Shown piece by piece: positions 36,260 to 47,216 of a stretch of DNA of 64,000 bases. The number at the start of each line of letters is the position of its first letter. Positions within the stretch are counted from its first letter, which is position 1. Under the pieces are notes generated by a model, which had not been told where the DNA came from, ran no database searches, and worked only from the letters and a program-made list of their open reading frames with translations. Source of the stretch: Dehalococcoidia bacterium. Its GTDB lineage: Bacteria; Chloroflexota; Dehalococcoidia; Plut-88900. The stretch lies in NCBI GenBank assembly GCA_965197645.1, contig OZ240219.1, positions 1,760,001-1,824,000 of the forward strand, written 5' to 3'. Made by a program: the position numbers and the translations under genes.

Positions 36260-39200
36260 CTATCCGCTCGGACCGCTAACGGTGAACTCCAGTCTGTTGG
36301 ACAGCATCCTGCCGTCCTCCGTGCAGATGGCTCCATCGGCGGTGCAGTCCGTGGTTGCCGGGAGGACCACGGTAACGTCCCCGGTGGAGGTGGGCTTTAC
36401 CGTGATGCGCCAGTAGATGTTGCTGGGCTTGTCCGTTCTCTGCGCAGTCTCGACCGTGCCTCCCGTCACATTGAAGGCGTGGGTCTTCAGGGTCACGTAG
36501 CTCAGGCCGAACTCCTCGCTGAACTCAATGTCAAAGGTGAACTCTGACGATCCGTCATGGGTCGCCGGGGCCGCGACCGTCAGGCTGACGGTGAGCGGAA
36601 CTGGCGCCGCAGCTACGGCCACTGTCGCTTCGCTGGTCAGGGTCTCCTCGTTATCGGCGTCGTCGGTGAAGGACACCTTCACCTTGATGGTCTTGCCCTG
36701 CTCGCTGGCGGTCAGGGTGTAAGTCGAGCCGGTGGCCCCGTTGATGTCCGCCTCCCCGGCGATCCACTGGTATCGGTAAGCAACGTTGGTCAGCGCGTCC
36801 TCGTCGGCAATGTCCGCCGTATCTGCCGTCAGGGTCTCCCTCACCTGTGGCGTCCCGCTGATGGTCGGCAAGCCCGTGGCATCACGGTTGGGCGCCGCAG
36901 CTACGGCCACTGTCGCTTCGCTGGTCAGGGTCTCCTCGTTATCGGCGTCGTCGGTGAAGGACACCTTCACCTTGATGGTCTTGCCCTGCTCGCTGGCAGT
37001 CAGGGTGTAGGTGGAACCGGTGGCCCCGTTGATGTCCGACCCCCCGGCGCTCCACTGGTATCGGTAAGCAACGTTGGTCAGCCCGTCCTCGTCGGCAATG
37101 TCCGCCGTATCCGCCGTCAGGGTCTCCCTCACCTGTGGCGTCCCGCTGATGGTCGGCAAGCCCGTGGCATCACGGTTGGACGCTGCAGCTACGGACACTG
37201 TCGCTTCGCTGGTCAGAGTCTCCTCGTTATCGGCGTCGTCGGTGAAGGACACCTTCACCTTGATGGTCTTGCCCTGCTCGCTGGCGGTCAGGGTGTAGGT
37301 GGAACCGGTGGCCCCGTTGATGTCCGTACCACCGGCGCTCCACTGGTATCGGTAAGCAACGTTGGTCAGCCCGTCCCCGTCGGCAATGTCCGCCGTATCC
37401 GCCGTCAGGGTCTCCCTCACCTGTGGCGTCCCGCTGATGGTCGGCAAGCCCGTGGCATCACGGTTGGACGCTGCAGCTACGGACACTGTCGCTTCGCTGG
37501 TCAGAGTCTCCTCGTTATCGGCGTCGTCGGTGAAGGACACCTTCACCTTGATGGTCTTGCCCTGCTCGCTGGCGGTCAGGGTGTAGGTGGAACCGGTGGC
37601 CCCGTTGATGTCCGTACCACCGGCGCTCCACTGGTATCGGTAAGCAACGTTGGTCAGCCCGTCCCCGTCGGCAATGTCCGCCGTATCCGCCGTCAGGGTC
37701 TCCCTCACCTGTGGCGTCCCGCTGATGGTCGGCAAGCCCGTGGCATTGCCGTCGGCTACGGATGGCTGCACAAGAGGCAAATCTATTTCATACTTCGGCA
37801 ATTGTGTCGCAGTGAGGACCCTTTGGTCGTAAATGCCTTGCAGGTATGCCTTGAGGTTGTAGTTGTACGAACTGATGCCGTAGAACAGGTTGCCGATGGC
37901 GTTGTCTGCGTTCCATGCGTTCCACAGCGCTGCAAGCTCTTGTGCTGTCTTCGGCTGCTCGGCCAGCAGGTCTTGTGATTCGCTGATGTCGTTCTCAAGG
38001 TCGAATAGCTGGGGGCTTTCACCTGTGTCCAGGATGGGTTTGGGTTTTCCGTGACTGCGCCTTTCTTTGATCAGTTTGTCATCGCCGGAGCGGACTGCGT
38101 AGCCTCCGCTTCTCCAGTCGCGCCAGAACAATGCCTGATGCGGGGGACCTTCTTCTGCGCCTCGGAGAAATGGGTCAAGGTCGACTCCGTCGATCGGCCT
38201 GTCGGGGTCTTCGGAGGTGGCGTTTGCCAGCTTCAGGACGGTAGAGGCTATGTCCAGGCTGATGACCATAGGATCGTATGTGTGCCCTTCGGGCCACATG
38301 GCTGGCCATGAAGCGACAAAAGGTACGTGTATTCCGCCTTCGTAGAAACTGTCTTTCGCGCCGCGGAGCGGGTTGTTGTCGGCGTGGTCTCCGTCCGGAG
38401 GCTTGCCGGACCGGCCGCCGTTGTCGCTGAGGAAGAAGATGACGGTGTTGTCGGCGAGGGAGGATTCGTCCAGGGCGTCCAGCATTCTGCCGATGTTCTG
38501 GTCGAGCGAGTCCACCATTGCGAGGTAGATGCGCCGATCCCGGTCTTCAACTGTGGAGTACTTGTCGATGAGTTCCTGCGGGGCCTGCAGTGGAGTGTGT
38601 GGCGCGTTGTAGGCCAGGTAGAGGAAAAAGGGTTCGTCCGTTGGTTTCTCGATAAAGTCTATTGCTCTGTCGGTGAGGACGTCCGTCAAGTATCCGTCGA
38701 ACTCTCCGTAACCGGTGTTCTCGATGAGCGGGAGTTGCATGTGGTCGTGCGGGGACGTCGTATTTGAGTGCCAATAGCTGTGCCCACCGCCCAGGAAGCC
38801 GAAGAAGTAGTCGAATCCCCGGTTAAGCGGGTTGAATCTCCGTGCGGCTCCAAGCTGCCACTTGCCCACGATACCAGTCCGATAGCCTTCGTCTTGAAGT
38901 CTTTCGGGAAAGAGCGTTTCCTCTAGTGGAAGCCCATGGTTATCGTCAAAGGGAGCGTACGCCAGGTTGCCTTCCAAACCGAACCTTGACGGGTAACGAC
39001 CGGTCAGAAGGCCAGCTCGGGACGGAGTGCAAGTTGAGTAGGGCACATATCCATTCGTGAATGTAATGCCGCGGCTGGCCAGGCGGTCTATGTTTGTCGT
39101 CTGAATCTGCGTGGCGCCGTTGTAGCTGACGTCGTTGTACCCCAGGTCGTCGACGAGAATGACAATCACGTTCGGCTTGGCCACCACGGTCGCGGTCGCC

Positions 39201-41152
39201 TCGCTGGTGCGGGTCTCCTGGTTGTTGGCGTCGTCGTCGAAGGACACCTTGACCTTGATTGCGTTGCCCACATCTGCGGCGACCAGCGTGTACGTGGATG
39301 CTGTCTGGCCCGCTATGTCGGTGTCACCGTTGGTGCCGCTGCGAATCCACTGGTAGCTGTAGGAAACGTTGGTCAGTCCGTCGTCGTCGGCGATGTCCGA
39401 CGTGGACACGGTCAGCGTCTGGTCGACCACGGCAGGTCCGATGACGGTAGGAAGAGCGGTGCCTTGACTGCTTGCCTGGGCCGCCACCACTTCGTCAGTA
39501 GCCGCGCTGGTGAGGGTCTCCTGGTTGTCAGCGTCATCGGTGAAGCTCACCTTCACCTTGATGGTCTTGCCCACGTCGGCGTCGGACAGCTTGTAGGTCG
39601 AGTCCGTCGCGTCCTCGATGTCCGCGTCGGCGTTCCCGTCGTTCCTAATCCACTGGTAACCGTAGGAAACATTGGTCAACCCGTCCCCGTCGGTAATGGC
39701 CGAGGTGTCCGCCGTCAGCGTCTGTTCCGCCTCGGGCGTCCCACTGATGGTGGGCAGGCCGGCGGGCGCAGAGTTCTCAGACTCGGTGTTCTGCTCCGAG
39801 ATGCCTCCGCTAGGCGTGCCCGCTGCCTCGGTAGATGCCGGACCGTAGCCCATGACGTTGCTGGCTATGACCCGAACGGCGTATGCCACCCCTCCAGTCA
39901 ATCCGGTGATAGTGTCCGTAGTCCCGGTCACCGTGGCCTCGGAAACGTCCGCTGCGGTGTCCCAGCTGTCTGCCGCCTCCTTCCACTGCACCTTGTATCC
40001 AGTGATGGCGGAACCACCGTTGGATGAGGGGGCCTGCCAAGACGCATCAAGTTCCTGGATCTGGTCTCCTGTTGCCACGGCCAGGCTCAAAGGCTGTGTG
40101 GGTACGGTGGCGAGAACTGCTGTTGTCGCCACGCTGGTCAGGGACTCGTCGTTATCGGTGTCGTCGGCGAATGAGACCCGAACCTTGATGGTCTTGCCCA
40201 CATCGGTGTCTGACAGCTTGTAGGTGGAGTCCGCTGCGTCCTCAATGTCCGCGTCGGCGTTCCCGTCATTCGTGATCCACTGGTATCGGTAAGTAACGTT
40301 GCTCAGCCCGTCCCCGTCGGCAATGTCCGCCGTATCCGCCGTCAGGGTCTCCCTCACCTGGGGCGTCCCGCTGATGGTCGGCAAGCCCGTGGCATCACGG
40401 TTGGGCGCCGCAGCTACCTCCACCGTCGCTTCGCTGGTCAGGGTCTCCTCGTTATCGGCGTCGTCGGTGAAGGACACCTTCACCTTGATGGTCTTGCCCT
40501 GCTCGCTGGTAGTCAGGGTGTAGGTGGAACCGGTGGCCCCGTTGATGTCCGCCTCCCCGGCGCTCCACTGGTATCGGTAAGCAACGTTGGTCAGCCCGTC
40601 CTCGTCGGCAATGTCCGCCGTATCCGCCGTCAGGGTCTCCCTCACTTGGGGCGTCCCGTTGATGGTCGGCAGACCGGTGGCATCACTGTTGGGAGTGGGT
40701 TTCACCAGCGCCGACGTTGGGACGATGCTCACAGGAATCGTCTGCCCGTCCTCCCAATCGACGTCCACATCCGTCCATTTGAAGTTACTGTTCTCGGAAC
40801 TTCCCTTTGGAAATTCCAGGGTGAGGTCGCCAACTTGCAGCGTATAGCCCTCAGCTCCAGCAACCCCCGCTGCAAATGATAGGCGAAGGTCGCGGCCCGG
40901 GATGTGGGACCAGAGCGACTTAATCTGAAGACCCCCGGTGCCCCCAACGTTGGAGAAGAGGTCGGCGCTGGCTGCGCCGATGGAAACGTCGGTGTACTTC
41001 ACCACGAACATGTCTGCCGACCAAACCACTGTATTCTCATCTTGCGTCTGGCTCTGTGCCTGGACAACCCAGGGTATGAGCACCAGGGCGGCGATGGCCG
41101 CCAGTCCGAGGAGAATCAGTGGGAGCGTCGCAAGACGCCGCGAGATGGTCAT
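36260..41152 (-). CDS. Secreted 1630-aa modular protein: Ig/cadherin-like repeats, FN3-like domain and arylsulfatase domain
   Basis: Signal peptide; about 8 copies of ATGLPTISGTPQVRETLTADT..YQW..GKTIKVKVSFTDD; WQAPSSNGGSAITGYKVQW (FN3); PNVIVILVDDLG, CTPSRAGLLTG, GKWQLG, SDNG (sulfatase). Confidence 0.9.
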   Translation of the reverse strand: MTISRRLATLPLILLGLAAIAALVLIPWVVQAQSQTQDENTVVWSADMFVVKYTDVSIGAASADLFSNVGGTGGLQIKSLWSHIPGRDLRLSFAAGVAGAEGYTLQVGDLTLEFPKGSSENSNFKWTDVDVDWEDGQTIPVSIVPTSALVKPTPNSDATGLPTINGTPQVRETLTADTADIADEDGLTNVAYRYQWSAGEADINGATGSTYTLTTSEQGKTIKVKVSFTDDADNEETLTSEATVEVAAAPNRDATGLPTISGTPQVRETLTADTADIADGDGLSNVTYRYQWITNDGNADADIEDAADSTYKLSDTDVGKTIKVRVSFADDTDNDESLTSVATTAVLATVPTQPLSLAVATGDQIQELDASWQAPSSNGGSAITGYKVQWKEAADSWDTAADVSEATVTGTTDTITGLTGGVAYAVRVIASNVMGYGPASTEAAGTPSGGISEQNTESENSAPAGLPTISGTPEAEQTLTADTSAITDGDGLTNVSYGYQWIRNDGNADADIEDATDSTYKLSDADVGKTIKVKVSFTDDADNQETLTSAATDEVVAAQASSQGTALPTVIGPAVVDQTLTVSTSDIADDDGLTNVSYSYQWIRSGTNGDTDIAGQTASTYTLVAADVGNAIKVKVSFDDDANNQETRTSEATATVVAKPNVIVILVDDLGYNDVSYNGATQIQTTNIDRLASRGITFTNGYVPYSTCTPSRAGLLTGRYPSRFGLEGNLAYAPFDDNHGLPLEETLFPERLQDEGYRTGIVGKWQLGAARRFNPLNRGFDYFFGFLGGGHSYWHSNTTSPHDHMQLPLIENTGYGEFDGYLTDVLTDRAIDFIEKPTDEPFFLYLAYNAPHTPLQAPQELIDKYSTVEDRDRRIYLAMVDSLDQNIGRMLDALDESSLADNTVIFFLSDNGGRSGKPPDGDHADNNPLRGAKDSFYEGGIHVPFVASWPAMWPEGHTYDPMVISLDIASTVLKLANATSEDPDRPIDGVDLDPFLRGAEEGPPHQALFWRDWRSGGYAVRSGDDKLIKERRSHGKPKPILDTGESPQLFDLENDISESQDLLAEQPKTAQELAALWNAWNADNAIGNLFYGISSYNYNLKAYLQGIYDQRVLTATQLPKYEIDLPLVQPSVADGNATGLPTISGTPQVRETLTADTADIADGDGLTNVAYRYQWSAGGTDINGATGSTYTLTASEQGKTIKVKVSFTDDADNEETLTSEATVSVAAASNRDATGLPTISGTPQVRETLTADTADIADGDGLTNVAYRYQWSAGGTDINGATGSTYTLTASEQGKTIKVKVSFTDDADNEETLTSEATVSVAAASNRDATGLPTISGTPQVRETLTADTADIADEDGLTNVAYRYQWSAGGSDINGATGSTYTLTASEQGKTIKVKVSFTDDADNEETLTSEATVAVAAAPNRDATGLPTISGTPQVRETLTADTADIADEDALTNVAYRYQWIAGEADINGATGSTYTLTASEQGKTIKVKVSFTDDADNEETLTSEATVAVAAAPVPLTVSLTVAAPATHDGSSEFTFDIEFSEEFGLSYVTLKTHAFNVTGGTVETAQRTDKPSNIYWRITVKPTSTGDVTVVLPATTDCTADGAICTEDGRMLSNRLEFTVSGPSG
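36604..37746 (-). repeat. Four tandem near-identical 288-bp (96-aa) repeats
   Basis: Same text recurs with a period of 288 (shadow ORFs at 36786, 37074, 37362, 37650); further near-identical sequence at ~40280-40684. Confidence 0.92.
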
Positions 41153-41403
41153 GACTTACCTCCGGCTAGCCAAGGGGTGAACATTTGAGCTAGGCCGCCA
41201 TAGGCGGCGAAGCCCGAGGCGAGCGGCGCAGCGACCGCAGGGGCCGCCGTTCCGTCCGCCGTCTCAGGTGCATGGACCGATCTGTCGAGCGCCATGTGAA
41301 TGCCTCCCTCGCACAGGCGGGATTCAGCGGGATGGTAGCGGCTCTAGAAGGCTTTGGTAAGTGCCTAATCACACTTCTTGGTGAGGTAATTTGGACGACA
41401 CTT

Positions 41404-41487
41404 TGTTAGCTCTTGGAGAGTGTGTTTCTGCAACTTTTCACTCTTTCACCGACCGTGTGTTTGCTCTATTGGAGGGTGTTTCTGCAA
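41404..41487 (+). repeat. Imperfect ~30-bp direct repeat pair
   Basis: TGTTAGCTCTTGGAGAGTGTGTTTCTGCAA (41404-41433) vs TGTTTGCTCTATTGGAGGGTGTTTCTGCAA (41458-41487). Confidence 0.65.
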
Positions 41488-41940
41488 TACGAGGAACAAG
41501 GCCACGGCTTCGCAAGCGTGCGGGCGTACGCCGAGCGGCTGGGTGGACGCCTCATCGTCGAGCCCACGGGATCGGTCGGGGGCGCCAGCGTGACCGGAGC
41601 GACCCGCTACCTTCAGACGATGGCCGGGATAGACCAAGTCCTGGGCATGATGAAGAGCGCGGCGGCGGGCGAGGGGCGTCTGCCGACAGAGGTGGTGAAG
41701 CGGGTCTTCGACAGGATACGGAGCGGGGCGAGAGCGAAGGACGTCCACCTGACCCAGAGGGAGAAGGAGATATTCGTGTCGTTCTGCCGGGGCATGTCGT
41801 ACGTTGCGATTGCGCAGGCAAGGGAAGTCAAGGTGGTCACCATCCGAAACGCCATCTACACCATTCAGGTGAAGCTGGGCGTCGACTCGAAGCAGGAGAT
41901 CGTGGTGTGGGCCTCGCAGAACGGGCTCCTGGATGACTAG
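41488..41940 (+). pseudogene. Fused remnant of a NarX-like kinase C-terminus and a NarL/LuxR response regulator C-terminus
   Basis: YEEQGHGFASVRAYAERLGGRLIVE (HATPase G2 box) joined in frame to GATRYLQ...LTQREKEI...TIRNAIYTIQVKLGVDSKQEIVVWA (LuxR HTH). Confidence 0.7.
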
Positions 41941-42209
41941 CGACAGAGACTGCTTCGCCGACTCGCAGCCGGTGCGCACTGCGGCGAAGCAGTTCCGGCG
42001 CCGGCTGGGGAGGACGCCGACCATCTCGCCTACACCCTCACCGAGCCCCGCTTCGGCTGCCGGATGGGAAGGGGGAGAGGCCGTGTCCTGAGAGGGATTG
42101 AGGAAGCGCCAACCACGAGGCCCCGTGAAGTGTCATTGTAGTCAGCTAACACTCAGCCCCACCGCCCATGTGTACCTGAGTTTTTGGTGTCGATTGGATA
42201 ACTGATAAG

Positions 42210-43460
<1,251 letters not shown>

Positions 43461-43504
43461 AAGATATCAAATAGGGTTGAGGATATCAATCTATGATAGA
43501 TCGA

Positions 43505-44383
43505 TTATGCGCCTCGCAGCGCCTTCTGCAACGTGGCGCCGATCTCCGCTGGGCTGGGTACTATATGGGCCCCCGCGGCCCTTAGAGTCTCCACCTTGGC
43601 CTGAGCCGTAGCCGCCGCGCCGGTGATAATGGCGCCCGCATGCCCCATCCGACGGCCGGGAGGCGCCGTCGCTCCCCCGATGAAGGCGGCTATAGGCTTG
43701 GTCATGTTAGCTTCGATGTACCCTGCCGCTTCCTGCTCCCGAGTGCCCCCAATCTCGCCGATCATGACCACTGCCTCGGTGTCTTCGTCCTCTTCAAACA
43801 TGGACAAGACCTTCACGAAATCGCTGCCGATGATGGGGTCGCCACCGATCCCCAGGCAGGAAGACTGACCGATGCCCAGCTCAGTAAGCTGGGCCACCGC
43901 CTCGTAGGTCAGGGTGCCGCTTCGGGAGACGATACCCACCTTCCCCGCCTTGTGTATATCACCGGGCATGATACCAACCTTCGCCTTGCTGCCCGGCGAG
44001 ATCACCCCCGGGCAGTTCGGGCCGATGAGTATCGATTCGTGTTCGCCGAGATAGTGGGCCACGGAGACCATATCCTTTACCGGAATACCTTCGGTGATAC
44101 ATACGATCAGTGGCACACCCGTTTCGGCGGACTCAAGGATGGCATCGGCAGCGAAGGGCGCCGGAACGAATATCAGGGCCACGTTGGCACGGGTCTCATC
44201 CACAGCCTGCCGTACCGAGTTGTACACAGGCACCCCCTCCACGTCCGCTCCACCTTTGCCAGGTGTCACGCCGGCGACCAGGTTGGTCCCGTAGTCTCGA
44301 CATCGCATGGCGTGGAAGCCGCCGTCCCTGCCGGTGATGCCTTGAACAAGCAATCGAGTATTTTCGTCTACCAGGATACTCAT
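43505..44383 (-). CDS. sucD: Succinyl-CoA synthetase alpha subunit
   Basis: [35 protein letters not shown]. Confidence 0.96.
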   Translation of the reverse strand: MSILVDENTRLLVQGITGRDGGFHAMRCRDYGTNLVAGVTPGKGGADVEGVPVYNSVRQAVDETRANVALIFVPAPFAADAILESAETGVPLIVCITEGIPVKDMVSVAHYLGEHESILIGPNCPGVISPGSKAKVGIMPGDIHKAGKVGIVSRSGTLTYEAVAQLTELGIGQSSCLGIGGDPIIGSDFVKVLSMFEEDEDTEAVVMIGEIGGTREQEAAGYIEANMTKPIAAFIGGATAPPGRRMGHAGAIITGAAATAQAKVETLRAAGAHIVPSPAEIGATLQKALRGA

Positions 44384-44395
44384 CCGATGGCCCTT

Positions 44396-45559
44396 TTACC
44401 TGCCGCCGGAAAGGGATACCACCTTTTCGGCGGCCCCCTTCAGGTCCGATACAAAGGTTATATTAAGTCTCGATTCTTCGAGAATCTGCCGCCCCTCGTC
44501 CACGTTGGTGCCCCGCATGCGTACCACCACCGGGATCTCCACCTCGATCTCACTGGCGGCGGACACGATCCCCCTGGCCGCTATATCGCAGCGAAGTATT
44601 CCCCCGAAGATGTTTACCAGTACCCGCTTCACCTTGGGGTCGGCCACCAGCAGCTTGAACGCTTGAGCGATCTTCTCCTCGTTGGCGCCGCCGCCCACGT
44701 CCAGAAAGTTGGCCGGCTCGGCGCCCATGTACTTGATGATATCCATGGTGGCCATCGCTAGCCCGGCCCCATTCACCATGCAGCCGACGTCACCGTCCAG
44801 TTTGACATAGTTAATGTCGTACTTGCTTGCCTCTACGTCCAGCGGGTCCTCCTGCGACGCGTCCCTAAGCTCCTGAACGTCTTTGTGACGGAACAGGGCG
44901 TCATCATCGAAGTCCAGCTTCGCATCCACGGCCAGCAGGCCTCCCTCTTCAGTAACGACGAGCGGGTTGATCTCCACCAGGCTGCAGTTCTTGTCCGCCA
45001 TCAGCTTGTACAGGCCGGAGATCAGGGCGACGGCAGGTCTTATCTGGGCCTCGCTCAGCCCCATGCCGTACGCCAGCCTCCTGCCCTGAAACGGCTGCAA
45101 CCCGATTACGGGGTCGACGTATTCTCGGAGGATCTTCTCGGGTGTCGACGCTGCAACCTCCTCGATGTCCATTCCGCCCACCTGGCTGGTCATAATCACC
45201 GGCTTCTGGGCCGAACCGTCGATAACGATTCCAATATACAGCTCCCGCTCTCCCGCGGCTGCCTTCTCCACCAGTACCGTGCCCACCGGCACGCCCTCTG
45301 CCGAAGTCTGATGTGTGACCAACCGGCTGCCCAACAGATCACCGGCCGCCTGCTCAGCCTCTTCCGGTGAGCTCACCACCTTGATTCCGCCGGCCTTGCC
45401 TCTGCCGCCGGCATGGACCTGGGCCTTGACCACCACCTTGCCCCCTAGCTCCCGTGCCGCTTCTCCCGCCTCGGAGGCTGTGGTGACCGGCCTCCCCTCG
45501 GGTACCGGAATCCGGTATCCGGCCATGATTTCCTTGGCCTGGTATTCGTGGATCTTCAT
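44396..45559 (-). CDS. sucC: Succinyl-CoA synthetase beta subunit
   Basis: MKIHEYQAK, KAQVHAGGRGKAGG, EINPL, NGAGLAMATMD, ANFLDVGGG. Confidence 0.96.
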   Translation of the reverse strand: MKIHEYQAKEIMAGYRIPVPEGRPVTTASEAGEAARELGGKVVVKAQVHAGGRGKAGGIKVVSSPEEAEQAAGDLLGSRLVTHQTSAEGVPVGTVLVEKAAAGERELYIGIVIDGSAQKPVIMTSQVGGMDIEEVAASTPEKILREYVDPVIGLQPFQGRRLAYGMGLSEAQIRPAVALISGLYKLMADKNCSLVEINPLVVTEEGGLLAVDAKLDFDDDALFRHKDVQELRDASQEDPLDVEASKYDINYVKLDGDVGCMVNGAGLAMATMDIIKYMGAEPANFLDVGGGANEEKIAQAFKLLVADPKVKRVLVNIFGGILRCDIAARGIVSAASEIEVEIPVVVRMRGTNVDEGRQILEESRLNITFVSDLKGAAEKVVSLSGGR

Positions 45560-45664
45560 TGGTGTTCCTGCTCCAAGTACCGATGGTTTGACGCCCGTCA
45601 TCGGTCTCAAAACCATCAGGGATGTGCATGATAGCTTAACGAGATTTGCGCTGTCCACCTTTCC

Positions 45665-46873
45665 TCATGCCGGATGGGGCACACGAGGGTCCCGGAGCGA
45701 TAGGGTTGTGATTGCCGCTACAATCGACAGTGCGAAGGCCATGACAAAGGCCCATTGATAGCTCCCAAAGCTATCGAACACCACGCCACCCACGTACGCC
45801 CCCAGGCCGCCGGACATCTGATGGACCATGTTGATAATGCCGGTCAGAGCGCCCAGCTGGCCGATACCGTAGAACCGAGCTATGAACACCGGCGTGAGAG
45901 GGGCGGTCATGAGGAACGTGAACCCGTACAGTAGGGCGAAGGCGAGAATCGCAGGCGTGGATGTCGAGATTATCACCAGCGAAAAGATGCCTGTTCGAAG
46001 CAGAAAGCACATCATCGTTGGCCGGCTCGGCCCGAAGGTGTCGGACAGATAGCCTGAGAGCAGAACCCCGATCAGCCCCATCACTCCCATCAACGCCAGC
46101 AGGTTGCCCGCCAGTACCGGTCCAATCCCTTCGTCCGTGGCGAAGGCTACGACGTGGGTGCCCACCAGCCAGTCTTGAAACCCGCATATGGAAAACATGA
46201 TGAACATACTGATGAACTTGGGAGAGGATAGGACCGGCCCTATGGAACTTTCTTTCTCACGCTCCATCGACATCGGCGCCGGTTTGCTTCCCGATGGCGC
46301 GGGGCGAACGAGAAACAGGATCAACGGCAACGTCGCACCGATTACCGCCAGCGCGAATATCCGGTATGCCCAGCGCCAACCTAGGTCCAGCAGCAGAGAA
46401 GAGAGCAATGAGATCATTACCAGCTGTCCCACGGCTCCGCCGGCTATCGCTACGCTGTTCGCCATACCCCGACCGTTCCGGTGCCATAGGCTGACCATGA
46501 CGCCTACGGGAGAGATCGAGGTGCCCCCGTTTCCCATAGCGAACATGCCGCCATACAGCAGGAAGAGCTGCCACTTCTGGTCCACCGAACCCACCAGTCC
46601 CAACCCGACCGAGGCAAGAACGGTTGTGGCCAACAACGTCGCCCGGAAACCGTACTTATCCGCCAGCTGGCCCACTACAGGCATGGTCACCGAGGACACG
46701 ATCATGAACATCGTAGCGGCCAGTGAAAGCGACCCTCGGCTCCAGCGCAGGTCCTCCTCCATGGGCTTGAGCAGTACGCTGAAGGCAAACCGAGACCCGT
46801 TGTTGAAGAAGAGTAAGACGCAGGCCGTGATCAATATGACCCGGCTGTACCTGTTTCTAAACCACTGGAGCAT
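45665..46873 (-). CDS. MFS transporter
   Basis: About 12 hydrophobic segments; GQLADKYG and GYLSDTFG loop motifs. Confidence 0.88.
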   Translation of the reverse strand: MLQWFRNRYSRVILITACVLLFFNNGSRFAFSVLLKPMEEDLRWSRGSLSLAATMFMIVSSVTMPVVGQLADKYGFRATLLATTVLASVGLGLVGSVDQKWQLFLLYGGMFAMGNGGTSISPVGVMVSLWHRNGRGMANSVAIAGGAVGQLVMISLLSSLLLDLGWRWAYRIFALAVIGATLPLILFLVRPAPSGSKPAPMSMEREKESSIGPVLSSPKFISMFIMFSICGFQDWLVGTHVVAFATDEGIGPVLAGNLLALMGVMGLIGVLLSGYLSDTFGPSRPTMMCFLLRTGIFSLVIISTSTPAILAFALLYGFTFLMTAPLTPVFIARFYGIGQLGALTGIINMVHQMSGGLGAYVGGVVFDSFGSYQWAFVMAFALSIVAAITTLSLRDPRVPHPA

Positions 46874-47216
46874 GGTGAAATTCGTACCGGCGATAAGCGG
46901 CCTCGGGGACCGGGCCGGAGAGGGTAACGATTCCCGGCACTACGGGCGATCGGTTCCGTAAACGTGACTTGCCCGGCAGGCGAGGACGGGTCGTTCGATG
47001 CGAAAACCGGACCGGCGCGACCTATGATAGCACCGAGACTCCCGCCCTGCGACCACATCGGCCGGAAGGGTAAACTCTCACTCCAATCTGACGCCCTGCG
47101 TCCCCTTTCTCCCAGGTTCCCGGCGGGGATTGACACGCTCTAAAGCTGGGCTTACGCTTTCGCCTGTCTAAGCGTCGTAAGCGTGGGTGCGGCCTTTACC
47201 GTTCCATCCGGAGAGC

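Larger units (their letters stand above)
31552..42163. mobile_element. Integrative element at the 3' end of tRNA-Lys, internally deleted (right boundary inferred)
   Basis: Integrase abuts the tRNA CCA end; mobile-element-type cargo; CCCACC core repeated at 31545-31550 and 42158-42163. Confidence 0.6.

Noticed and set aside
36604-37746. Regular repeats considered as a CRISPR array or a DGR template/variable pair
   Set aside because: Units are 288-bp in-frame coding repeats without spacers; no cas or reverse transcriptase gene; differences are not adenine-specific.
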